DNA of 63,943 nucleotides, filler included, from Blastocystis sp. subtype 4 (Eukaryota), in NCBI RefSeq assembly GCF_000743755.1. It is 6 parts of 6 records of this genome, joined end to end, with 100 filler letters (N's around TTAATTAATTAA, not from the genome) between each part and the next. Parts side by side here need not be neighbours in the genome. Positions count along the whole stretch, not along the records: positions 45,377 to 56,499 come from NW_014569234.1; positions 56,600 to 63,943 come from NW_014569149.1; 4 more parts are not named here. One strand, 5' to 3'. Position 1 is the stretch's first letter; the number at the start of each line of letters is the position of its first letter. Below the pieces are notes generated by a model. The model searched no databases and was not told where the DNA came from. It saw only the letters and a list, made by a program, of their open reading frames with translations. Both the position numbers and the translations under genes were made by a program. Shown here one piece after another: positions 52,569 to 63,943 of the stretch.

Positions 52569-54609
52569 TCACATTGATCGAAGAAACTGTATCAACTCTA
52601 CTCGCTTTGAATCATCAAAACTAGATTGCTCAATGGTAATAGAATCCTTTTCTAATTTCAAAACAGAAGAATATGATGGGATTGATATGACACATTCTGA
52701 GACCAGCTCATAACAAATACTATTCTATCTGATGAGCTCAATTCATCCAATTACTTCATCAAATCGCTTTTGAAGACATTTCATTCTCTCTGCGACTGAA
52801 TCTTCATTTGTTGACAAAGGAAAATGAATCACTGGTGAAACAACCTCCAAATCACCGTCTCCAAGTGATTTCACCTTATATAGTCCATGAGAAATGTCAA
52901 TAAACTGACGTTTTCGAGTTCGACTCTAAAGATTACCATGTCTACATGACCTCAACAGATTGAACGACAACTTCCACAGTATCGTCGTCACTCATATCCA
53001 ATGAAATACTGTCTCCTGTATTGAGATTCTGACACTTGGTATCATCATTGTGTCCTACTCGAATAACAGCATTATTGTTGGCATGAACCAAATTTAGAAA
53101 ATCAGATGATGTGTCTGGATAAGTCATTTGATGAATATGAGTTGAATCCGGAAGAAATGGAGTTAATCGATTGATATCCATCTGATCGTCAGCAACTAAC
53201 ACTTCTAATCCTTCGTATTGATTGAAAAGATAAGAAGGAAAGGATGAATACATAGAAACGGACGAATACACAATCAAATGAAATGATCGTGAACGCGGAG
53301 AAGTAGATGAAAATACAATGTCACAAGAATGAGAATCAAAACATAAGAATGGAGGAACACCAGCAAATCTATGTGTCAGAGAATGGTGAATCGTTTTACA
53401 CATTGTGCTTAACATATTCAGATAGACACTCTGGATATGTCCGATATGCTGATAGAGCCTTTGACTGGTGATTTCCAGTATCATCTGCATGTCATTTCTC
53501 ATCAAGAATACTACCCAGAAAAAGTACCGAGGATGACTTTCCATGACCAGAAGCACCACTTAGAACGTATTCCAGCAACTCCAGCAATAGGGCTCGAATG
53601 CCGCAAATCAACAAAACGACTCGATTCTCATTTCTGCACTGTTCTATTCATCAGTTCATTGCAATAGTCAAACGTAGAAATGCCTTTGCTCCATCTAAAC
53701 CATGTATCTCTCCTTGTGCTGATTTGTACGATGTTCCAAGAATCAGATTCTTACAAGTTACAATTTCATCAACAGAGCAAGGCTGTGTGATAGAAGTAAT
53801 AGGAAGTTGATCCGAAGGAATAAAGCCAATGTCATTGTGAATTGGGCACGTTCCACATTCGTTTCTGAAGATCCAGCCACACGAAGCGATATCATGACCA
53901 TCGCAGACACAGCGGACACATACTGTCAAGTCTCGGTGAATCTCTTCTCCATAACTTACTCTGGTTACATTATTAGTGACTAGAATCAACAAAAAAGAAA
54001 GAACGTACCACGGTTGATGTCTTCAAGAGTCATCATACTGTAACCGCAGAAATCAGAATCCCGAAAAACAGGTAAACATTGCAAGAGAGAGGTCAAATGG
54101 GATGACTTTTCGGTAGAAACAGAATCGGATGCAAGGGATAAACAAATCTCTTTTCCAATCTATTGATAGAAAATAAAAAGAATAATATACAAAATCTAAA
54201 GAAGATGGAACATAGATCGCACCACAAAAACTAGTATCACGTAGAATAATAGGAAGAAGTAAATAACTGTCAATTGACGAAACAAAAATTGCATCTACAA
54301 TACTCCAGTCGATACATTGCAACGAATCAGCAATAATGAACGGCTTGGAGTTGATAAATAATTCGCCACTCATATTCACAATTGGATTATCAAATTGATT
54401 CATATCAAATACGGATAAGTACGTTGTTTCACGAAGTCGTGAAACATCAGGAAGAAAAAAGGATAAATAGTGAGAATCCCATCCACAATCAATAACATAG
54501 ATCCTATTATGATACTGCAATCGAAAACAGGGACATTGAGGATTAGAGCTCAGGTTTGTCTTCCTTTGATAAAAACACCATTATCCCTTACCACAATAGC
54601 CTTTCCCAT
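52569..54609 (-). CDS. INTS9: Integrator subunit 9-like (inactive metallo-beta-lactamase/beta-CASP)
   Basis: NLSSNPQCPC...YVIDCGWD, DWSIVDAIFVSS...LLP.I...T.F.G.IY, GHDIASCGW. Confidence 0.75.
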
Positions 54610-54683
54610 CGTAACAACGACTCTAATAACAAACAGAGACTATTTCCTCATCACTTCCTAGAACTAGGTAGCTTGAAACTCTC

Positions 54684-56201
54684 TTATGCAGCAACCAGCT
54701 TCTTAATTTCTAATACTGTCATAAAGACAGCAGCCACAATGCCAACATAGAATAGAATCCAAGCAAATACGATCGAGAAAGAAGAGAACTTGAAGATGTC
54801 AACTCGTGAAGTCAACTTCTTCGCTTTCTCTCGCTTATCAATCCAAATATAAAATAATGATGGCCAGACGAACACCAGAGCAATACCACACATAGAACCA
54901 GTGAGTGAGAAAACCTGGGTTAATTCTGGAATTAACAAAGCTACGATGACAACCAGCAATGTCCAAATAAATGCCTCTAACACACGACGTGACACAGGAC
55001 GAGGCTGCTTGAAGAATGTCTTATCAATTGAAACCAGAGGCGAGAAAGATAAGACAGGATATGAGAACAAGGCAACAAAAGCATATGCCACCTTCACAAT
55101 ATTCAAATACCACACATTCAGGTCAGCGAAGTTCGACAGCAGATTACCCTTAGTATTCGCGCCAAAGGCCAGATAACCACAGACACCAACAAGGAAGTAT
55201 ACGACAGTACAAGCAACAAAAGAAATATTGTTAACACGATCCATCTTCTTCAGCTTGTTACCAAACTTGGACTTCGTAGGGAATTTCAATTCTGATGTCA
55301 TCTTGGGAATATTCACATGAGCACACAGACATGTGAAGAATACAGAAACAGCTGTACTCAGATCAGTAAAGTTATCAGGTAGCCAGTTGTACTGCAATGG
55401 CTACATGTGAGAATGTCAATTTTGAATCTTACTTCTCTGAACACTTGGATAATACCCATAACAATGGCGATTATGACGAAGATAGAAATACAAATGATAG
55501 CAACCGTAGATGTCCATTTTAGAGAATCAATTGTCGGAATGCACAACAGAGGGAAGAATAAGAACAGTCCCTCAATCAATGATACTAACTACTAGTAAGG
55601 ATTATCAAACAATAAGTACCCATTGCCAACTTGATAACTCCTCGACAGTTTTCTTAAGGAAACTACCCAACAAATCCATAGTTTGACTTAAGACAATATT
55701 GTAGTAACCAACAGAAATACCGAAATCAAAGAGAATCATAAAGAAATCAGCTACATAACCAATTACGGGGTTGACAATTTTCTTTCCAATGAAACCATAC
55801 GAATCTTCCTTTGAATAAATAGACGAAGCGGATAAGTAATGAGCACCAACTAAAGACAGTAACAGGGAGATAATAAGCAAGATGCCACCTCCAGCAATAC
55901 CACTAATCATCATTGTATTCGGAAGAGAAATAGTTCCAGCGCCAATAATCGTATTCATCATGTTAATGATAGAAGACGTAAGAGAAGCTCCATCATTCTG
56001 AGTTGACATGTAGAAAGTCTCCTCTGACTTCGAATCGACCTTATTCTCCTCTGTTGCATTGTCAGGAATAACGGCAGGCTTCGCATCTACACTGTTCATC
56101 GATGCTGCAGCATTGTCAGGAACACTAATAGGTTTCGAATCTACAGGGTTTGTAGATGTAACTGCACTGTCAGGTGGAGGGGCTGTTGTTTCGGTACTCA
56201 T
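54684..56201 (-). CDS. Amino acid transporter, AAAP/SLC38 family
   Basis: NMMNTIIGAGTISLP, CAHVNIP, GYLAFG; ~11 TM segments; short N-terminal VD.KP...PDNA duplication. Confidence 0.9.
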
Positions 56202-56499
56202 AACTATATAATAGTACTCCTTTTCGCAATCCACAAATGACAGGGTATTGAGTCGTAAAAGAGTTAGACATTATTCATCCTATTTTAGTCATTTCCTATA
56301 GGCAAAGATTCTCTTCCGCCATTTCTCTCGAAAACCATTATTATGAATACGCTCACAAAAATCATATACTAAGGTGAATCTCGTTTGTTTGAACAAACCT
56401 ATCACATAACATCTCACTAATATTCAAGTGATGCTCCAAGTCCACCGCAATTACACTCACAGCGAGTACTTGTCCTTCTGCATCTACACACATCCATTT

Positions 56500-56599
56500 N
56501 NNNNNNNNNNNNNNNNNNNNNNNNNNNNNNNNNNNNNNNNNNNTTAATTAATTAANNNNNNNNNNNNNNNNNNNNNNNNNNNNNNNNNNNNNNNNNNNN
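56500..56599. other. Artificial contig linker
   Basis: N44-TTAATTAATTAA-N44. Confidence 0.97.
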
Positions 56600-56829
56600 T
56601 GTGATTCAGGCAGAGGGAGAAGCTGAGGCTGCTACGTTGATTAGTGATGCTTTGAAGGAAGCTGGAAGTGGTGTGATTGAAGTACGTCGAATTGATGTAA
56701 GTGTATGTGAAGGATCATGAAGTGTAGGCTGCTCGTGACATTGCAAATACACTGGCTCGTGCTCCTAATGTCACATATCTCCCAGGAGGAAAAGATAGTA
56801 AGTTGTTACTGGGAATCGGCAGTCGGTAA
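56600..56829 (+). CDS. PHB1: Prohibitin C-terminus (5'-truncated)
   Basis: VIQAEGEAEAATLIS...EVRRIDAARDIA.TLA...NVTYLP. Confidence 0.9.
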
Positions 56830-56874
56830 AGGGTTAATATGTTTGTAATAACAATGACAAAAAAGGAAAAAAAT

Positions 56875-56947
56875 TGGTCTACGTGAGGCTCGAACTCACG
56901 ACCTTTTGCGTGTAAAGCAAACGTGATAACCACTACACTAGTAGGCC
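56875..56947 (-). tRNA. tRNA-Val (TAC)
   Basis: GGCCTAC-TAGTGTAGTGGTTATCAC D arm, anticodon loop TT-TAC-AC, GTTCGAGCC T arm, downstream T7 Pol III terminator. Confidence 0.95.
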
Positions 56948-57022
56948 ACACATTCTTTTTCCTATTGCTCATATATAATAAACCAATTCATTATCAAGAA
57001 GAGTATAGGTTTATCTGACTAT

Positions 57023-59343
57023 ATGAATCAGGCATTGACTCTTAGTGATTGCAATGTATTTCTTATTTCTACTCTTATATTTTAGGTCCGATTGGATGAA
57101 ATCGCAAAGGTACTTGGTGTTGATAACTATATTGTCGGACTTGTATTAGATACTAGTGAGTATCTGGATCCATTTATCTCATATTGTTCCATGCATTTGG
57201 TACAAGAATTGTGTTGAATATCATTTAGTATTATGATGCTTTTATGAAGAAGAAGAGAAATATTGTAACGATTCTATTACTTTTCGAAATAGACCGACTT
57301 TGAACGGTTCTACCAGTGTAGTCAGAATTATCTCCATGTTCTGACTACTGATTTTTTAGGAGAATGGAATAAAACTACAAGGCTACTAGGAGGAAGCAAT
57401 CAAGTATTCATTTCAGTTCTCGATACCTTAGGGAAGATGAAGGGGGATGTACTCTACATGCAGATCTGTTCATTTGTAGACCATTTGTAATTTGAGTAGA
57501 CTCTTTATCAAGGAGGAGGAGATGGTTTTCAATGGATTAATCTCTTAGCTGTAGACGTTGCCATCCATCTTAAGAGCGTTCTCTTCTATGCTTCAACTAG
57601 GGAAGAATCCCGATATTGTGAGCCAATAACCATAGCATAATCAATAGAAATTCTCGGATGTGAAGTTGGATCTGCCTCTAAGAGTATGGTTTTGGTAGAA
57701 AAGTTAGGAATAGGCTGTTCCAGAGGTAAAGGAGTTGGCTTCAGTAATGGTGGAGTTGGGTTGGCCTTTGTGTAAATGTATCACTCCGGAACTAATCCAG
57801 CAACTCCATGGAGAGAATGCATGGTCGCTTCCGAATCTTTGTGCTGTGCTAAAGTTGCGTCAACAGATCGCAGATGAGCAGTTGGGTCCTTTCTTACAGA
57901 GTCATCCGGCTGCTATTCAACCTCTTCTAAATACATCGGCTGATAAGGCGGTTGCATGGCAATGGATTGTCAAATATATTATGCTAGCAGACATCTATCC
58001 AAAGGAAACCTATGCATTATTGATGATTGATCATCCAGTAAGTGAATAATGAGAGAATGAATGATAGCATCTGACTGACATCTTACGGGATACAATGGAC
58101 AAAGATCTACCTCTGCTTAGTATTGAACATCTCAATTCGTTATTGCCAGTCATCCCAGCAGACCAATATCCTATTCTGAAGAATATCTTTATTCATGCTC
58201 CTGATGCTCTACTTACAGAGAATTGTCAAGCCATTATCCCGAAGGCCCAACTTATGAATGGTCGACTCTATTTGGATGGTGTGAAAGAATACCGTAATCA
58301 AGGACGTGGTACAACAGTAGAATGGCTAATTACTGGATTGTGGTACAATGGAAAATACTGTGGCTGGCAGCAGGCTTATAATGCTCGTGATGGATGTACG
58401 GAATACTGTTACTTCAAAGATGGAAAGCGTGTTGAATACACATTACAACGATTTACTAATAAGCAATATATGAAGGATTCACAACCTCCATATGCTCGTA
58501 TGATTACTAGTCCTCGAATTGGGTTTCAGAAGGTGTACATGGTACAGTCTCGAGCCAGTGAAGAGCCTGATGAAGTGGTGTTCCAGTTTGGTGATGGATA
58601 CAAGCGGATTATCCTTCATGGACAACAATTAGGACTCACCAAGCTTATGCAAAGTGAAGGACTTCCTATGTCACTTCCATTACTTGCAGTACTAGAAACA
58701 ACAGATCTGATGGCGCCATTCACTTCATCGGTGATGCGAGTCTGTGATGATCTATACATAACAATTCCTCAGATCCCTCAAGTCCAATTAATTAAAAAGA
58801 AGAAGGATATGAATCGTCTCTTGAGGGTTGCCGCAAAGATCCTGCCTGCAAACAACTCTCTAGCAACAAAGTACCTAATGGGACGAGAACTAGCTCTGTT
58901 AAGTGGGTGGATAAGAATGAAATGATGTTTAGACATGCAATATAGTGAAGAGATTGAAATAGAAGAAGACCTTCCTATGTTGAACATCTTAAGAATCGAA
59001 GGATGTCAATGTAGTGAAGTGTGTATTTACGCAGCAACAGCGATTGTAGAGTTGTGTATCAAGAGTATTTGAAGCGAATGAGTTTGATATAGATTGTCCA
59101 TGCTTACGTCGAATTGTGGTAAATGGAGAAACATGCAATGATGCCCAACGATTTATCATTGAAGGTAGGTGTGAGAAGATAGTAACAAGAAAGATGTACC
59201 TGCTCTGGAGTATCTCTACCTCGAAGGACAGTTTACGAACTGTACTGTGACAATGAATAGTGATTATGAGAAAGTGTTCTTAGAGTATAGATGTGCCAGA
59301 ATCAGCAAAGAAATGTATTCATCATAGTATTCAAGTCTTGTGA
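57023..59343 (+). CDS. Hypothetical multi-exon protein with MORN-like segment and C-terminal LRR-like exons
   Basis: Y.DG...RNQGRG...[17 protein letters not shown] repeats; regular short introns. Confidence 0.55.
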
Positions 59344-59364
59344 TCTGTTTGTAACAAATACAAT

Positions 59365-60392
59365 ATGCAACAGCTAATGAAACAGTTGTTCCAATTTCAC
59401 ACATTCCCAAACCACCTGTATTTCGTTCGAGGCGGAAATAACCCCCTTCACCCCAATCGTATCCCCAACTATTTCTAAGAATCCAGTATGGTATTGCTTC
59501 ATTCGTTTGTGTGTACATTTCACCATAACCTACGATCAACACAGCATGGTCAATCGCACCATGGCAATTACCGCTCAATACTCCACTTCGATAATGCTAT
59601 GGATTAGTCAGTAGAATAACTGAATACTTGGAGTGGAGCCCAGGAAGATAGCATACCAACGGCAACAGGAGACTGGGAAACATACCGTTGAATCACCGAT
59701 TCACTCACACCCACAAGTGTTGTTGAGTTATGAACTTGATATCGAGTTGAACCACTAATGTTACACTCTCCAGTCTTTCCTATGTATGGATAGTTTGCTT
59801 CAGTCACCAAGCCATTATCCATAATGTACTTCATTGAAAACAGAATGGAACCACCTGAACATCCAGAATTACCGTATGATCTGGAACAATCTACAATTTG
59901 CTGAAGAGATAATTGATCCACACGTTTCCCAGATAAACGAAGGACAGAAGCCGTAAGTTCTGCAGCAGCTTCTCCGTAGCAAGAACCACAAGTCCCCTGA
60001 TTTCGAATGGGTGAGAATATGCCTTTCTTCCTCCAGTCAACAGACTGTGTGCTAAATGGTACTTCACAATTGGAGTGCGTTGATCTTTTCATCATCCCAG
60101 TTGTAGCTATATAACCCCGAAGAGTTGTCATATGAATAAACTCATCCTGAGATAGATAGATAAACCGAGTGACTCCCAACAAGTAAGTATGGTTCTTGGA
60201 ATTTTCAGTTTCGATGAACTGAAGATTCTCCCTAAGAATCTTTTGTCTCAGTCTATGTGTGAAAATGGAAGAAATATCCAACATTCGTTCTTCTCCTAGA
60301 AACAGTACTCCATAGTTCGCCTCAATATCCTTCAAAGTGATAGCTTTACTGAAACAAAATAAGAAAAAGATAGCAACAACAACGAAAAACAT
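59365..60392 (-). CDS. Papain-family cysteine protease (divergent)
   Basis: [33 protein letters not shown]; predicted poly(A) stop at 59365. Confidence 0.92.
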
Positions 60393-60812
60393 CAATGACA
60401 ATTCTTGTGTTGGATGTGTTCACCGCGGGAATAAGAAACTATTAGTATAAGATAGAGTAGTAAAACCGATACACTCCCTATGAGATGTCTATGACTTGAG
60501 AAAGCTAAGAGAGACGAATTCGGAAATCTTGATGATGATGTGGTGATTCAGCCTTTATATCGATTTCATTCATTATGAAAGTAACATTCACACAAATGCG
60601 AGAACAGAAAAAGGGATACCACGATGCATCTTTTTGTATGTACAACCTTCGCTTACGTATTAAGAAGGTTTACAATACATTCAACGGCTAATAATTGATA
60701 GAAGTGAAGAAGAATGAAAGACGTTATGGAATAACAATTTGATTGGTTGATAAGGATGACGTAATTGTTCACTTGGTATTGTCATACGAACAGTCAGAAT
60801 TATTGTATCATA

Positions 60813-61977
60813 ATGTCGTTCTGGGTCTATTTTGCTATTTTCATTGTTGTGGTTTATGTTCTTCGCCGGTTGTTGAAGAGAAAAGTCATCGACCTCCAGG
60901 GAAAGAAAGTACTTATTACGGGAGCAGCTAGCGGTATTGGAAGAATGCTAGCTAATGATATGGTGAAGAAGGTATCTGTACAGGGAGAATCCTAAGTATA
61001 GGGAGCAAAGGTGATTATTTGGGATATAAATGAGTCAATGTTAAAAGATACATACAAAGAACTGAAGGAGTTGGATGAGTAGCAATGAATGAATGGGATC
61101 ACAGACAGAAATGCTGAAGTTTATTATTATGTTGTGGATCTCAGCAGCCTCGACAACATCAAGTCGGCATGCTTGATTTGAATGAGTGAATAGAGAAGTT
61201 GCTGCCAAAGTGAAGAAGGATGTTGGAGAGATCGATGTTCTTGTGAACAATGGTACTCGTAGATAGTGTCACTGATTTGTAGCTGGCATTGTAACAGGTA
61301 AATCCCTCTTTGATAGTTCCGAAACTGCAATCAAACGGGTGATGGAAGTGAATACCATGTCTCACTTCTGGACAATTCGAGAGTTTGTTCCTGCCATGCT
61401 GGAGCGGAACTGTGGTACTGTTGTTGCTGTTTCATCGATGGCTGGCATGGTTGGAACAGCCAATCTGAATGATTACTGTGCCTCTAAATATGCAGTGGTT
61501 GGTCTGATGGAGTCTCTGTCTGGTCAGGTTTACAACGAAAAGAAGACATATCCTATACTGCCATTCAGTGTATTGTTTTCTTCACCTTACTGGTGTCCAT
61601 TGTACGGTCATCTGTCCTTACTATATTGACACTGGTATGTTCGCTGGAGTAAATCCTGGAGCTCTTTATCTTCTGAAGCCTCGCGAAGTTGTAGATAGTG
61701 TAGGTGATGAATTTAGGATAAGAAGTAGATGATGCATGCCATTGAGTATGGTGAGGAAGTTGTAACATGTCCTTGGTATTTGGGTAAACTCATTAATCAT
61801 ATCCTTTCGTTACCCACAAAGTGATTTGTTCCTTCATTCCACTCTGTCGTCTTGTCCTCCCTTATAACCTCGTTTTATTCTGTTTTAAGGTGCTGGGAGT
61901 GTTAGAGTGAGTGTAGAGTGATGGGATTAGAATTAGTTCAATGAACACCTTTACAGGACGTAAGACTAAGCAAGAAT
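60813..61977 (+). CDS. Short-chain dehydrogenase/reductase (retinol dehydrogenase/SDR16C-like) with two AT-AC introns
   Basis: N-terminal TM, VLITGAASGIG, LVNNAGI, YCASK, CPYYIDTGMF; ends KTKQE at predicted poly(A) site. Confidence 0.9.
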
Positions 61978-62151
61978 TTCGTGTTTATTAATAATAAATA
62001 ATCCCAATTCTAGGAATTCGCTATTCTATTAATTGAAATGAATAAATGAGCAAATAAGGGAATCAAAGAATAATTGATATGTATTATCGTTCTCAGATAT
62101 GAATAAACTCTATTCAATTAATACCTCCCACAAATCTTCAACAAACAATCC

Positions 62152-63498
62152 AAACCAAATAATTGTCGAACACTTCGTCCACTTTCTGTGAAGACACCTT
62201 TCCTTGTTCTAGAATCAACCGCTTCATGTTACGAATCACTCCATTCGTTTCTTGAGAAAAGAGTCCCTTCGCCAATGCAAAGCTGGAATTGCTGCTCATC
62301 GCCTCTATCACATCCATCGCCCAATAACAATGAGAAATATTGTTTCTATTCATGAATTTTGTATTCCTTCTCTACTGGATAATCTGATCCAGACTTCGGA
62401 TCACAACCTCATACGGTTCACAGTCCATTCCTGCATCCGCAAACAGGGATTCAAAGGATTCTGGAGCAATCTTCTATGTTTAATTGACTGCAACTAGAAC
62501 ACACCAACAAATATCGAGCAACCAGATTCGGATTATGACGAATAGTTTGAAGGGTATATAACATATTGTAAAGAGAAGTTGGTGGGTCAGGGATCGTAAG
62601 ATTGGTGTCAACAATAGCCACAGCGCGATCTCGTACTGAAGATTCTTCTGCCAACTCTTGTTGAAGGGCTTCCAACAGTGTAGTCTCTTTCAAACTGTTT
62701 TGCACAAGTGAATTATACAATTCCAATTGTTTCAAAGCTTCCTTGAAGTGTTTACGAATACGATTCACCTTCACACAGCGCAATAACAATGTACAATACT
62801 CCTCATCCCTTGATTCGATCTCTTTCATCATTCTATTTAGTAGTGACAATTCCTCCTCATAGAATCCATATTCATGAAACATATCTAATACACGTCTCAT
62901 CAACGGGAGATTCTTTGGACGATATTCACGAATATCATCCACATAACTCATGGCTTCATTGGAAACGCCTAGATATCATTCTTGAGGACAGATTGTACCT
63001 TCCTGCAGAGAGCTACCTACTTTTGTAAGGAATTCTTCTATCACGGAATCGATGGTAAGATCCTTTAAGGAGGAATCAGCGCTTAAACAAGCATCCAACT
63101 GCTTTCGAATGTCCCGATTATTTGGATTCAATTCATCAGCCTAAATCAGACTCATTCTACTGAATAATACTCGCAATAAATCGGTATAGGCCTTCTTATA
63201 CTGTTTTCCATGAATACGGCAGATACCTCTACGTAACCACGCTTTAGTGAATGTTGCATCATAGTGGATTGCATTTGTAGCATCAATTTCGGCTTGCGGA
63301 TACTTCTCTAATTGGATGTATGCCAATGATCGATTAGAATAGCTATACTTGATGTAACCTCCGATTCTACTACCATGCAGCACTTGGCTCAATGGCAATG
63401 CTCTTTGAATAAAAGTCGATAGCAGTTTCATAATCACGCTTCTTAAAGGTTTCGTTACCCTTTTCCTTCAAACTTTCCGCTGTTATAGGCTCACTCAT
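62152..63498 (-). CDS. RPAP3: TPR co-chaperone, RPAP3-like
   Basis: KEKGNETFK...YSNRSLAY...KAWLRRG TPRs; C-terminal PDPPTS...F.LA...F domain; predicted poly(A) stop at 62152. Confidence 0.7.
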
Positions 63499-63652
63499 CA
63501 AGTTATCACAGAAGAAGAAAATAGGACTGTTTTCAGGATTCCAAAAATCGACTATGCCATCCAATATAGGGGTACACAAGGTCCTCTGTATTTCAATTCC
63601 TGCTTCTCGTAATTCCTATTCCATCTTTATAGAAACCCTTTTAAAGAACCAA

Positions 63653-63943
63653 ATGGCTGCTGCTGCTGAGATTAAACTATTCGGAAAGTGGTAGGATGAC
63701 TTAGGGCGATATTGATCATAGGACTTTCGATGATGTTGAGATTAGTGAGGTTGCTCTGAAGGTATGGTTGCAAATGTTGTAAAGTGAGTTTTGTAGGATC
63801 ACCTTGCTGTTGCTCCAAAGAACGCCACCTATCTTCCTCACACCGCTGGAAGATATCAATTGAAGCGTTTCCGTAAGGGTCAGGTATGAATATGAAGTGT
63901 TTGTTGAGTTTGTAGTGTCCTTTGGTTGAGCGTCTTGCTAATT
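63653..63943 (+). CDS. RPS5: 40S ribosomal protein S5 (uS7), truncated at window end
   Basis: EIKLFGKW, YLPHTAGRYQLKRFRK.QCPLVERL. Confidence 0.95.

Noticed and set aside
56380..56499. Possible gene end before the linker
   Set aside because: Too short to assign frame or product

Overview
This is not one locus. It is six unrelated eukaryotic contigs of about 11 kb each, joined by 100-bp artificial linkers (N44-TTAATTAATTAA-N44). The DNA is gene-dense and AT-rich, has ~30-nt GT-AG introns, and carries a TGTTTGTT-type motif at gene 3' ends. These are hallmarks of the gut stramenopile Blastocystis (inferred). About 44 protein genes are present, mostly housekeeping (MRM2, PDI-like, SDA1, SGF11, PIG-T, NDUFAF6, NOP56, eIF3d, DHHC, SRPRA, PAXBP1, MCM10, RPS8, PSMA7, Rho, GT49, hutI, ERG8-type PMK, cyclophilin, choline kinase, INTS9, PHB, cathepsins, SDR, RPAP3, RPS5), plus one tRNA-Val(TAC). 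Notable points: (1) at least 10 genes appear to get their stop codon from polyadenylation, and in two cases this exposes a C-terminal ER signal (STEL, KTKQE); (2) three ultra-short 43-44 nt AT-AC minor-spliceosome introns; (3) a 66-aa micro-protein consisting only of a PDCD4-like ribosome-binding region; (4) a membrane-anchored GH13 with an apparently dead nucleophile; (5) palindromic bidirectional 3'-end signals between convergent genes. All gene models were spliced by eye, so family calls come from recalled motifs and boundaries are approximate where stated.
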